The notes beneath the pieces were generated by a model. The model worked only from the letters and a program-made list of their open reading frames with translations, did not search any database and was not told the DNA's origin. A stretch of 40,000 nt of DNA from Aeromonas phage PS2: the sequence record MN453779.2; one strand, written 5' to 3'. Numbering within the stretch: the first letter of the stretch is position 1; the number at the start of each line of letters is the position of its first letter. Shown one piece after another: positions 17,604-26,781 of the stretch. The position numbers were made by a program, and so were the translations under genes.

Positions 17604-18092
17604 ATGGGTGCTGGATACGCCTCTTTCCAGATGGATTTGAAAAGTGCTGTAGCGATTAATGCAGCAATTGAAAAAGAAGAGATTAAATGCGCTGATGACT
17701 TTCACGAGAAGTTAGCAACTAAGATTAATATTGTAGCTAATGATCTTCACGCAACACTAATGTATGACAAGCGAGATCCCGACATTAGTCCAGGGATTAA
17801 TCGTAAATCATACAAAGCTAAGGTAATCAACGTAGAGAAGCTAGGAGTACCCGGTAAGCAATTCTACGCCCTAGTCCTTACCCTTGAGTCAGAAGAGATC
17901 CAGAAACGTTTTAAAGAGCTTCTGGAGCTTGGGTTTGAGCATTCCTTCCCAGAGCTTAAACTCCATTGTAGTTTGTACTATGGAGATGGGACTGAACTGT
18001 GTTATAAGTTCATGAAGCGTTTATTTGATGAAGGTAAACTTCCAGAATACATTACACTTTGTAATGAGAACTGGAATGCTTGTAAAGACTAA
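17604..18092 (+). CDS. 2H phosphoesterase-like protein, candidate Acb1-type anti-CBASS nuclease, 162 aa
   Basis: Two H-x-T/S motifs, NDLHATLMYDKRDPD and PELKLHCSLYYGDG, with spacing and context like T4 Acb1 (57B). Confidence 0.6.
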   Translation: MGAGYASFQMDLKSAVAINAAIEKEEIKCADDFHEKLATKINIVANDLHATLMYDKRDPDISPGINRKSYKAKVINVEKLGVPGKQFYALVLTLESEEIQKRFKELLELGFEHSFPELKLHCSLYYGDGTELCYKFMKRLFDEGKLPEYITLCNENWNACKD

Positions 18093-18102
18093 CCTTTAAG
18101 AT

Positions 18103-18127
18103 CCATGAAATTTCAAACCTATATTAC
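18103..18127 (+). promoter_or_regulatory. recurrent promoter-like motif, copy 4
   Basis: CCATGAAATTTCAAACCTATATTAC; right half identical to the other copies. Confidence 0.5.
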
Positions 18128-18188
18128 TAGAGTGATAAATATAAATAATGTTTCATCATCTCTCCATATATAGATAAGGAATATAACC

Positions 18189-18332
18189 ATGACTTCAGCT
18201 CAACTCCTCGGTCTTGCTTTCTTTGGTCCTATGATGGTAGTTACCTTTTCTGTCTTGGGGTTCTACTACTATAACCAGTGGAAAGAAAATAAAGCTAAGA
18301 AAGGTCCTATGGCTACCTTTAATAAGCGTTAA
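18189..18332 (+). CDS. small single-pass membrane protein, 47 aa
   Basis: ATG...TAA encoding MTSAQLLGLAFFGPMMVVTFSVLGFYYYNQWKENKAKKGPMATFNKR, preceded by AAGGAATATAACC and followed by a terminator; below the ORF-track size cutoff. Confidence 0.65.
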   Translation: MTSAQLLGLAFFGPMMVVTFSVLGFYYYNQWKENKAKKGPMATFNKR

Positions 18333-18340
18333 GTTATACG

Positions 18341-18370
18341 TTGCTACTCTCCCAATTGGGAGAGTAGCAA
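18341..18370 (+). terminator. intrinsic terminator-like hairpin
   Basis: TTGCTACTCTCCC-AATT-GGGAGAGTAGCAA, perfect 13-bp stem. Confidence 0.75.
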
Positions 18371-18414
18371 TATTAAGAATGATAATTTTTTTGTTTAAAT
18401 TTAAGGAGTAATGT

Positions 18415-18828
18415 ATGCCAAAGGGTGTAGTTGCTACCATGGATACTTTAGGTTTTGTTAAAGAACCTACTGTAAAGATTGACCGACTCATTGCTTACTG
18501 GTTTGCAAACCGTATTGATCAATCTATTATCCTCACTGGTATTTATAGTTATCAATATGTTGTTGCAAGACATCAGAACGATTTCCAAATTGATAATTTT
18601 ATTAAAGATATGGAAGAAAGTTTACGTTCCTATCTTTTAGAGTGCTTCACAGGTGTCGAAGTAGTGGTAAGATCACCAGATTACGAACCAGTTAAAAAGA
18701 TGTTTACATTAGCAGTATCTGGACAAGTAGAAGAAGACGGTAAGCTGTATGATTTAGCAACGTCAGTTTCTGTTAATGGTAAGACATTCGAATTAATTCA
18801 AAGAGGAAGGAAAGAATATGCAAGGTAA
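18415..18828 (+). CDS. hypothetical protein, 137 aa
   Basis: ORF with AAGGAG upstream. Confidence 0.75.
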   Translation: MPKGVVATMDTLGFVKEPTVKIDRLIAYWFANRIDQSIILTGIYSYQYVVARHQNDFQIDNFIKDMEESLRSYLLECFTGVEVVVRSPDYEPVKKMFTLAVSGQVEEDGKLYDLATSVSVNGKTFELIQRGRKEYAR

Positions 18829-19630
18829 AGAGGTTGCAGGTTTTGAAGGGGTTGATAAATTCGCTCACGGTGATTTGTTCGAATTCCTAAGTAAGTCCTT
18901 TGCTTATACAGAAGTGGCTGGACAACGTGTTATTCAGACCCCGGATGGTTTATTTGTAGAACACGTGTTGATGGAAGAAGAGTACTTCGTAGATAACTGG
19001 CTGACCCAATTCGCTATTGGACACGCCGGTGATAAGAACTACTTCGATATGGAGACTTGGAACCAACTTACCGATAACTTTACCAAAGGTGTAATTGTTA
19101 TCAATGAGCAACGTCATCCAGTTCTGATCATTCGCAAGTTCACCGAAATGGTGCTTCCTGAAGACCTAATGGAGAAACTAGCCTTTTGCAGTAACTATGC
19201 TTCTAAAGCTAAGTTCGTTACCGACGAAGCCGAAAAGACCGCTCTGATCAAACAGTTTGCTGAACAAGTCAATGCCATCACTAACTATGCTGGAGTAGAC
19301 GAAGATTCTCTAACTAGTTTGATTCCTCCCGCTTTCTACGATAAACACAATGTACATCCACTCACAATGAAACAATTGATCTACATTCGTGATACCTATA
19401 AAGTAGCGGGTCAATCTATCGATCCTGATGGCGATATCTTTAAACGTCTTGAAACCATTATTACTAGGTTTAATAAAGGTGAAAAGATCAACGAGTCAGA
19501 TAAGAAGTTTGTACTGGAAATTACCCAAAATGAATTTCTTTTTGACTACGAAGACCATTCGGTAGAAGAACCAATTTCAATCGAAAAAACGCCGTCAGAA
19601 CCTGAAGAATTTGATCCGCTTGCGGATTAA
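18818..19630 (+). CDS. hypothetical protein, 270 aa
   Basis: ORF overlapping the previous stop by 11 nt. Confidence 0.8.
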   Translation: MQGKEVAGFEGVDKFAHGDLFEFLSKSFAYTEVAGQRVIQTPDGLFVEHVLMEEEYFVDNWLTQFAIGHAGDKNYFDMETWNQLTDNFTKGVIVINEQRHPVLIIRKFTEMVLPEDLMEKLAFCSNYASKAKFVTDEAEKTALIKQFAEQVNAITNYAGVDEDSLTSLIPPAFYDKHNVHPLTMKQLIYIRDTYKVAGQSIDPDGDIFKRLETIITRFNKGEKINESDKKFVLEITQNEFLFDYEDHSVEEPISIEKTPSEPEEFDPLAD

Positions 19631-19662
19631 ACTAATGAGGGTGTTTACGTCTAGGAACAGAC

Positions 19663-20796
19663 ATGGAAAAAAGATTTAATGCATTATGGTGTTCTGATCA
19701 ACATACGTTGCACCCTCATACCTCCACACAACACATTTTGGATAACATGAGTCGTTTCTATTACAAAGATAACAACTTAAGTGATATCGATCTAAGTGTT
19801 TGGGGTGGGGACTTCTTCCATGACTTAGCGCCAGCTAATGACAGTAACTTGTTGTTAGTGCATCGCTGGGTTAAAAAGTATTTACATAGTTGCCATGAAC
19901 GTAAAGTCCATGTAAGAATATTAGAAGGAACATCTTCCCACGATTGGGGACAACCAGAGACTTTAGAAGTACTAAAACCAAAAGGTTCTCCTTATATCAA
20001 ATACATTAACACGTTGAGTATTGAGTTTATTCCAGAACTTGATATCAATGTAATGTATGTTCCTGATAACTTTGGTAAAACCTCCACCGAAGATATTTAT
20101 GATCAAGCAGTTGAACTATTAGCTAATCACAACTTAACTCAAGTGGATTTTATCTTCTTACATGGTGGGTTTGTATTTCAACTTCCTCCAGTTGCCAATA
20201 AGCACGGTACATTGTACGATGAATTGAAATGGAGTAAGTTAGCTAAACACGCTATCTTCTCAGGTCATATTCATAAACCTGGACAGAAATACAACATCTA
20301 TTGTTCCGGTTCTTTTGATCGTATAGCTCATGGTGAAATGCATCCAAAAGGTGCTTATAGATTCTCGTTCAATAAAGAACACTTCAGCGCCTCGTTCTAC
20401 GAGAATGCTTATGCCCAGATCTATGATACGATCCAGATAACTCCGGAAACTAACGTTAAGCAACTTACTAAGATCATTGATAGCTATTTAAGGAAATCGC
20501 CGCCACCTAAAACACGTATTAAAGTTAAAGGTGGTTTGTCAGCAGTAACGGTAGCTTTAATAAATGAGTACAAAGATCAATATCCGATGTACCATTTTGA
20601 AACTGATAATGTCAAGGAAGAGAATATTGATATAGATGCTACTCTGTATTCTCCAGAAGACTATAAAGCCATCACGTTGACTAAAGATAATCTTAAAAGT
20701 AATTTGTTTAATTTCATGGAACCAACTATCGGTCAGAACGATGACATAGATAAAGCGTACCTTGAACAGTTATTAGACGAGGTAATGAATGGTTAA
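19663..20796 (+). CDS. SbcD/Mre11-like metallophosphoesterase, 377 aa
   Basis: WCSDQHTL, VWGGDFFHD, LEGTSSHDWG, FLHGG and FSGHIHKPG match the calcineurin-like/SbcD metal-binding motifs. Confidence 0.8.
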   Translation: MEKRFNALWCSDQHTLHPHTSTQHILDNMSRFYYKDNNLSDIDLSVWGGDFFHDLAPANDSNLLLVHRWVKKYLHSCHERKVHVRILEGTSSHDWGQPETLEVLKPKGSPYIKYINTLSIEFIPELDINVMYVPDNFGKTSTEDIYDQAVELLANHNLTQVDFIFLHGGFVFQLPPVANKHGTLYDELKWSKLAKHAIFSGHIHKPGQKYNIYCSGSFDRIAHGEMHPKGAYRFSFNKEHFSASFYENAYAQIYDTIQITPETNVKQLTKIIDSYLRKSPPPKTRIKVKGGLSAVTVALINEYKDQYPMYHFETDNVKEENIDIDATLYSPEDYKAITLTKDNLKSNLFNFMEPTIGQNDDIDKAYLEQLLDEVMNG

Positions 20797-21601
20797 CCGC
20801 ACACTAGGTACCGTACCGATAAGTGTCGGTACTGCAATGGCCATAGAAGCTCTCCAGAGCGCTCCTATGCACAGATACCAAACACTCCTCGTCAATCTAC
20901 GTACTGTGGTGAGAAATGCAAGAGAAGCGTTTGAGGAGCTTCCTAGCGAAACTGAACTTTTTAATGCAGCTAAAGATGATGTGGTGGGGATTGCGAATTA
21001 TATTGCTGAACTTAAGTTGAAAACACTACTTGACATTAAGTTCTATTATCCTAGTTATCAAGCCCTACCAAGACTCTTTCCATTAGCTAAATTAAAAGAA
21101 CAGGATCCCAGTAAGCTAGTTAATCCAAAAGAAGAGAACAGAAAGAAAAAGATCATTCTTGATAATGGTGCACTAAAACGTCTTATTAAAGAGTTTGATA
21201 AGTTTGTTTCCCAAGTGGATTCATCTATTCCTCAGTTCTCAGGAGATGGGTTAATCATTACTCACCACCCTGTTGATCTAGTAACAACAGAAAGTTACCA
21301 CAGATTGCATCTATTAGAGTCACACACTGGATCGATAAAAGGTTACGTTCAGTTTTACACTAAACTAACTGGAGGGAAAGAGTTAACTAATATCCCATTA
21401 AACAAACTGACCATTCAGATCTTTGGTGATAATGCTGTTAACTTCATGTCCCAATCAATCTCAGTGAAAAACGAAATCAAAGCTCTGGCTAAATCGGTAC
21501 CATGGAGTACTGCATCCACGCCAAGCTTTATCGCTAGTACAATTAGACGGATGCCGAGCTCTGCGCCAGAACGCGACATTCTACTCAAAATGATTAAGTA
21601 A
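20789..21601 (+). CDS. hypothetical protein, 270 aa
   Basis: ORF overlapping the previous gene. Confidence 0.8.
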   Translation: MVNRTLGTVPISVGTAMAIEALQSAPMHRYQTLLVNLRTVVRNAREAFEELPSETELFNAAKDDVVGIANYIAELKLKTLLDIKFYYPSYQALPRLFPLAKLKEQDPSKLVNPKEENRKKKIILDNGALKRLIKEFDKFVSQVDSSIPQFSGDGLIITHHPVDLVTTESYHRLHLLESHTGSIKGYVQFYTKLTGGKELTNIPLNKLTIQIFGDNAVNFMSQSISVKNEIKALAKSVPWSTASTPSFIASTIRRMPSSAPERDILLKMIK

Positions 21602-21614
21602 AAGGAATATCAAT

Positions 21615-21650
21615 ATGTCTCAACAACAAGCTTTCCAACGTCGTCCATAA
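21615..21650 (+). pseudogene. orphan 5' fragment of the SSB-like gene (MSQQQAFQRRP*)
   Basis: ATGTCTCAACAACAAGCTTTCCAACGTCGTCCATAA matches the start of the 22751 gene (MSQQQTFQRRP) at 10 of 11 residues; RBS AAAGGAAT upstream. Confidence 0.75.
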
Positions 21651-21658
21651 TTTTAGCG

Positions 21659-21687
21659 CTCTAAAAAATTTAGAACATATATCATCA
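21659..21687 (+). promoter_or_regulatory. degenerate copy of the promoter-like motif
   Basis: CTCTAAAAAATTTAGAACATATATCATCA aligns with CTATAATTTTTCAAACCTATATTATTA and lies just before the HNH gene. Confidence 0.4.
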
Positions 21688-21714
21688 TTTAGAAATGTTG
21701 TAATGGAGTTCTAA

Positions 21715-22068
21715 ATGTGTGAAATAAAATTAATATCAGATATTCTTAATCTATCCTTAGCTAAGGAAGATCATGAAGAAACTGTACAAAAACGTTGGGA
21801 TTATATTCAAGAGCAATTAGAGAAAGATCCTAATTGGGTGGGTTATGACCACGCCGAATACCATCACGGTAGGGTTGATCTCTTTATAAACTTTAATGGA
21901 TGTGTAATTTCAACCAATGGAGAAGTGTTTAACAACACCGGGGTATTGAATAAAGTTTACACTAATAATTGTAAGTATAAATTTACAACTTTAAAAAATA
22001 AAGAAAAATCAAGTAGCTACTTTATACATAGATTGTTGGCCTCAACATTTTTACCTAGAAAAAAATGA
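21715..22068 (+). CDS. HNH homing endonuclease, N-terminal part (frameshifted)
   Basis: KRWDYIQEQLEKDPNWVGYDHAEY module and FIHRLLASTFLPRK; stop appears at an A7 run. Confidence 0.75.
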   Translation: MCEIKLISDILNLSLAKEDHEETVQKRWDYIQEQLEKDPNWVGYDHAEYHHGRVDLFINFNGCVISTNGEVFNNTGVLNKVYTNNCKYKFTTLKNKEKSSSYFIHRLLASTFLPRKK

Positions 22069-22093
22069 TCTGGTTTCTAAACCTTTCCATAGA

Positions 22094-22732
22094 TTGCAAG
22101 TGAACCATAAGGACGGAGTTAAAGCCAATAATATTTTATTTAATCTTGAATGGTGCACTAGTAAAGAGAATATTATTCACGCGTTCGATAAAGGTTTGTG
22201 CAAAGGTATTTCTGGGTCGGAAAACTCAAGAACTATACCTCTTTTGGCAACAGTGGTAATGATCGGACCTTTCAAAGGAAAGCAGTTTGTTTTAGTTGGT
22301 AAGCAAGAGTTTATAAATCATGGGTTTCACCAAGGTGGTGTGCATAGATGTTATAACAAAGATCTAGAAACTTCTAATGGATGCACTTGGGTTGGTATCG
22401 ATCCTGATAAGATATCGGACTACCCAAGAACACCGCCAGAAGGATACTTGGATTATTACCGCGAGAACTATCTCCTTTCCATGCCAACTTCTATACCAAT
22501 AGTAGGAACCATAGAAAGAGGTCCACATGCTGGATACACTTTCTGCTTAATAGGTAGAAAGGAAATAAAAGCTGCCGGTTTTATCGACTCTCATGTAAGA
22601 GAAGCTGGACATAAAAACGGTATGCATAAAGGTTGTCGATGGAAGGTTATATCTAAAGAAGAAGTTGGCCATTACCAAAGAACCTTACCAAAAGAAATTT
22701 TTAACACTATTCCAAAATACAACGAAAAGTAA
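22094..22732 (+). CDS. HNH homing endonuclease, C-terminal part (frameshifted continuation)
   Basis: QVNHKDGVKANNILFNLEWCTSKENIIHAF; removing one A from the run at about 22059-22065 joins RK-NDLVSKPFHRLQVNHKDG in one frame. Confidence 0.75.
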   Translation: MQVNHKDGVKANNILFNLEWCTSKENIIHAFDKGLCKGISGSENSRTIPLLATVVMIGPFKGKQFVLVGKQEFINHGFHQGGVHRCYNKDLETSNGCTWVGIDPDKISDYPRTPPEGYLDYYRENYLLSMPTSIPIVGTIERGPHAGYTFCLIGRKEIKAAGFIDSHVREAGHKNGMHKGCRWKVISKEEVGHYQRTLPKEIFNTIPKYNEK

Positions 22733-22750
22733 TTTATTAAGGAAAAAAAT

Positions 22751-23488
22751 ATGTCACAACAACAAACATTTCAAAGACGTCCTCAACTACTTGCCAATGA
22801 CTATCGTTACCCGGCTCCAATGTCCCGTGAACCTGTAGAGGGTGCTAAGTACCCTGCGCGTTGGACTTGGGAACAAGGTCTGGATGGTAAGATCTATTTT
22901 AAAGTTAACGACGGGGTATTCGGTAAAGACGACCGTAACGCCAAAATGAAAGAAGTCGAAATGTCTGCCATGGATCGACTGTCCCTGTTCGAACTAATGA
23001 AAGATGCTTGTGATAACGCCAACTTCACCAAAACCCAGTACCACGTCAAGAAAGTTACTTTCGGTGCTGGCGGTCGTTTGAACGAACATCCGTCTACTCT
23101 TGGCATCTTTACTGTCATGCGTAGCCAAGAAGGACGAATCTCGGTAGGTTATACCAAAGGTTCCTACAAAGTTATGTTTGAATTCAAATCACCATTTGAT
23201 TCAATGATTATGGTATCTAAAGACGGTGAACCTTGTGAAGACCCAGGTTTGATGAGTCGTGTATATTGCAAGGCGTTTATCAATTTCTACGGCCCATACC
23301 TTAACGAGCTAGAGATTGCCGGTTATAAGCCGCGCGAGAGCAAGAACGCTGGTGGTAATAACAACGCTGGTGGTAACAGTGGTTGGAACGGCAATGGTGG
23401 TAATAACTGGAATGGCAACGGTGGCGGTAACAATAGTTCACAACGTAAACCAGATCCCACTTCTTTTGATGATGACTTGGACTTTTAA
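22751..23488 (+). CDS. single-stranded DNA-binding (SSB-like) protein, 245 aa
   Basis: Ordered N-terminal domain, Gly/Asn/Trp-rich linker (NAGGNNNAGGNSGWNGNGG) and acidic tail DPTSFDDDLDF typical of SSBs. Confidence 0.65.
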   Translation: MSQQQTFQRRPQLLANDYRYPAPMSREPVEGAKYPARWTWEQGLDGKIYFKVNDGVFGKDDRNAKMKEVEMSAMDRLSLFELMKDACDNANFTKTQYHVKKVTFGAGGRLNEHPSTLGIFTVMRSQEGRISVGYTKGSYKVMFEFKSPFDSMIMVSKDGEPCEDPGLMSRVYCKAFINFYGPYLNELEIAGYKPRESKNAGGNNNAGGNSGWNGNGGNNWNGNGGGNNSSQRKPDPTSFDDDLDF

Positions 23489-23510
23489 GAGTAACTTTTA
23501 AAACATTTAA

Positions 23511-23537
23511 AGAGAGAAGGCTTTAAGCCTTCTCTCT
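23511..23537 (+). terminator. intrinsic terminator-like hairpin
   Basis: AGAGAGAAGGCTT-T-AAGCCTTCTCTCT near-perfect inverted repeat. Confidence 0.7.
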
Positions 23538-23557
23538 ATTATATCTATTTTTACCGT

Positions 23558-23584
23558 CCTATATTTTTTCAGATAGATATTATT
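23558..23584 (+). promoter_or_regulatory. recurrent promoter-like motif, copy 5
   Basis: TCCTATATTTTTTCAGATAGATATTATT, 31 nt before the start at 23615. Confidence 0.6.
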
Positions 23585-23614
23585 TAAGTGTTATTCTAGG
23601 GGAGTGTTTAAAAA

Positions 23615-25216
23615 ATGCGATATAGCACCGTACTTTCTGGGAAACGACGGATTGATTCTGTTATCGTTTCTCACAATAATGAACAGATTGAATTTAAGGG
23701 AACACAAACGGTTTGCGGTGGCGATGCTGATCAAGAGTTGTTCGAATTCATGAACATCTTCTTTGAAGGTTGTCGTGAGAGTACTATGGATCAATTGTGG
23801 AATTTGTTTAAAGAAGGTAAACGAATTCTCCAACCTGGTTATTTCGAAGAAGCTGAAACTCCAGAACTATCGGAACTTCGTGAACGTAGTTTGGATTATC
23901 AGTTCCTAATCGATAAACTTGGCCCTATTGTCAAGCGTATGTACGAGTTGGTTACACCCAATGAAATTGCTTACGCAGCTCAAGTAACAGGTCGTACGGT
24001 AGCTCCTAAAGACCTGATGCGTATGGCAGCTATGGGGGACTATCCAGAAGAGACTACAATTGATAATGACAAGTATGCTGAGTTAGTTAAACTTGCTTTC
24101 ACAGCTCAACTTTGCTTCCCTCTTATCAACCAGTTGTTAGACCAGATCAACGAAGTAACTGGTAAAGATTATCAGTACGCTGTAGTGGGTAGTATGATTT
24201 CTCAGATCCCTAGTATCGTAGAGATACCTGGTTGGAAGATCATGGATACCTATATCCGTGCAAGTTGTGCTCGTAAAGATAGTAAGCGGGAAAATACCGA
24301 CGTGGTATCTGAAGAACGATATGTTGACTATATCGTATTCGAGGGACTGTTTAGTAAACTCTCTTTGTCATTTATCCCGAGTCAACTCAAAGACAAAAAC
24401 TTGTCCAAAGAGTTAAACTCATTAGTAGAAGGAAAAATCCGTAAAGAACAATCTACAAAGTTTACAAGGTTCTCCGAAAGTAAACCAGGTAGCGATGATC
24501 AATCCATTCCAGAAAGTTATCGTATCGCTCAAACAGTAAATGGTTCTGATGAAGAAGCTATGGCAGAGTTCTTCTCATTTGGTATGTTTGATGAAGAAGA
24601 TAAACCTCGTCATAAAGATATCTTTAAATACCAAGCAAAAGCTCTTGGAATTAAGGCCGAAAAGACCGTGGAGAAGTTGTTTCATAATCTTCCAACTGTT
24701 TGGGATTTTCGTTTTACCAACATTCAGAATCAATTACTCCAGTTAGCGTTTATTGATGATATTAACTATTATCTTTATCCTGCTATGGATTATCGGCAGC
24801 TAACCGCTGCAATGTGTTTGGCGCAAGTTAAACTATTTGAACAAGGTTATGAACATCTTGCCCAACTAGTCTGTGCTATGCGTTCTAATGCTGTCCCTAT
24901 TACTTACATGGGAGATGAATTCAAACTCTCTACCAAAGAGCGAGAGGATCTAATCGATCTGTGTTATATCTATGTGGGTCAATCCACTGCTAGTACAGAT
25001 AACATGTTAGTGATGTCGGTACAATCCTTCCTAGATGAGTTAGCGGCCTCTGGGTGGGAATCTAATATCGAACCAGGATTATTGGGTAACCAGAAGTTCC
25101 TTGATGCAATGTCACCCGGTGATATGTATCCCATTGATCTAGTACCAGAAATTAAACGTGAGTTACTTGCGTTGATTACCCAAACCCATAGTGTAGAAAA
25201 AGAAAACGAGGAATAA
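23615..25216 (+). CDS. hypothetical protein, 533 aa; possible phiKZ gp68-like non-virion RNAP subunit by position
   Basis: Long ORF; three genes upstream of the beta C-terminal gene; functional label is synteny inference only. Confidence 0.4.
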   Translation: MRYSTVLSGKRRIDSVIVSHNNEQIEFKGTQTVCGGDADQELFEFMNIFFEGCRESTMDQLWNLFKEGKRILQPGYFEEAETPELSELRERSLDYQFLIDKLGPIVKRMYELVTPNEIAYAAQVTGRTVAPKDLMRMAAMGDYPEETTIDNDKYAELVKLAFTAQLCFPLINQLLDQINEVTGKDYQYAVVGSMISQIPSIVEIPGWKIMDTYIRASCARKDSKRENTDVVSEERYVDYIVFEGLFSKLSLSFIPSQLKDKNLSKELNSLVEGKIRKEQSTKFTRFSESKPGSDDQSIPESYRIAQTVNGSDEEAMAEFFSFGMFDEEDKPRHKDIFKYQAKALGIKAEKTVEKLFHNLPTVWDFRFTNIQNQLLQLAFIDDINYYLYPAMDYRQLTAAMCLAQVKLFEQGYEHLAQLVCAMRSNAVPITYMGDEFKLSTKEREDLIDLCYIYVGQSTASTDNMLVMSVQSFLDELAASGWESNIEPGLLGNQKFLDAMSPGDMYPIDLVPEIKRELLALITQTHSVEKENEE

Positions 25217-25221
25217 ATAAA

Positions 25222-26760
25222 ATGCAACTAGTTAACGCTCAAGTCGGTCTGACCAACCTGTACCCTGATCAAGTAATCCGTAATCCAGCAGTGAACATGG
25301 ATAACCAGGTCATCGATACCTTGGTTTCTGAGAATCTGCAAGGTGGTGTAAATGAACGTTCCCTGTTAACGGCTGCTGCTCTTTCAGGTGGACTTAATGC
25401 TCAAGCTACTGGATTTGCTACTATCCAGAATGGTTGGAATGATAGCAAGGGTCTGATGAAACTGGATTTTATTGTTCAAGAATCTCCAGTGGCTGTTCAG
25501 TACATGCATGTGATTGGTTATATTCATAATAACAACTCACAAGGTCTTGACCTGAATGCTATATTTGTTCCGCAGTTCAGTTGGAAAAGTGAAGAAAGGA
25601 TGGTGGGCTCTGGTTTGTTAGACACCCCAACAACCATTAAGCGCACCATCGGTCAACGCACCGATTACCTGATGAATGATGGTTCGGCTTCTGATCAAAT
25701 GGTCACCATGCGTCCTGGTGACGTAGTGGAGTATGCGCTTAACAATGCAACTCAGCAATCCATTATCGATCAGATGGAAGCAGAAGGTCTGGAAGGAATG
25801 ACACCTGTTGGTACAGTAGCTGGTTCTAATATCTCACGTGTGGGTGCAATTGCATCCAAACGGGGCAACCTGAACCCAGCTGGTTATGCCGCAGACATCC
25901 TGGGTGCCGGTCTATCTGTTCAGCGTGGGCAGAGAGTATACCAGGGCGGTACCGAAATGGATGGTGTTATCCAAGGTCATGGGGAAGGTTTGTTCGGAGA
26001 ACTAGCGAACTCAGCTCACCAAGTAGGTGGTACTGAACCGGCTATCATGCGTGACAACTTCTTTGCTGAAATGTCATCAATGCTTGGTAATGTTCGGATG
26101 GCTGGTTTTACCGGGTATACCATTAATGATCTACTGATGGTATTCGATAACCTGAACGAAGTACTTGACCTTACCTTGTTCGATGCCGAACAATACCGTG
26201 TGGATGATCTTTCTCTGAGTTGTGAAAGTATGGGTACTTCCCAGCTCGCCGAATTTGTTAGTCATGAAATCATGATGAACGTTATGGATCTGCTGATCAA
26301 GTACGGTCTGACCACAATCTCTTTCCGTGGATCTAACTGTGATAACTTTGGCGGCGATGGTGGATTGAGTAACATTGTTATTCTTCCGTATAACGTAACA
26401 TCATTGACTGATAATGATTTTGACATGGGGTCTAAAGCAGAAGCTTTTGTAACCGCACTGACTAATCAGATCTTCACCAAACTCAATGGCATCAGTATTA
26501 ACCAACTCACCCCGATCCGTTTTGATGTCCACGCAGAGCTCTTTGGTACCACTACCATTAATATGTGTGTAGTGACCGAAGATAACATCTCAACCGGATT
26601 CTCCATGAATGACGCTGGATCAGTCTCTGGGATGCAATCTCGCACCTTCCCGACCTTTGCTATTAACAACGCTTCCTCTATTCTGGGTAATGATTCTACC
26701 GCTATCCAGATGGGTGCTAACTTCTATAGTAACATTAACGAATACTTCACCGGCTACTAA
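25222..26760 (+). CDS. hypothetical protein, 512 aa
   Basis: Long ORF, 5-nt spacing from previous gene. Confidence 0.85.
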   Translation: MQLVNAQVGLTNLYPDQVIRNPAVNMDNQVIDTLVSENLQGGVNERSLLTAAALSGGLNAQATGFATIQNGWNDSKGLMKLDFIVQESPVAVQYMHVIGYIHNNNSQGLDLNAIFVPQFSWKSEERMVGSGLLDTPTTIKRTIGQRTDYLMNDGSASDQMVTMRPGDVVEYALNNATQQSIIDQMEAEGLEGMTPVGTVAGSNISRVGAIASKRGNLNPAGYAADILGAGLSVQRGQRVYQGGTEMDGVIQGHGEGLFGELANSAHQVGGTEPAIMRDNFFAEMSSMLGNVRMAGFTGYTINDLLMVFDNLNEVLDLTLFDAEQYRVDDLSLSCESMGTSQLAEFVSHEIMMNVMDLLIKYGLTTISFRGSNCDNFGGDGGLSNIVILPYNVTSLTDNDFDMGSKAEAFVTALTNQIFTKLNGISINQLTPIRFDVHAELFGTTTINMCVVTEDNISTGFSMNDAGSVSGMQSRTFPTFAINNASSILGNDSTAIQMGANFYSNINEYFTGY

Positions 26761-26781
26761 TTTTAGATGTAAGGATTTACA

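Noticed and set aside
22059-22068. Programmed -1 ribosomal frameshift at A AAA AAA
   Set aside because: The continuation needs +1 (or -2); a -1 shift reaches a stop after 12 codons. Indel, sequencing error or transcript slippage fit better.
21651-22750. Group I intron between the two copies of the SSB-like start
   Set aside because: I saw none of the core elements (GCTGGAAA, AATCAGC, TTCAACGACT, ATAGTC), and the duplicated codons fit gene insertion better than splicing. Not fully excluded without RNA data.
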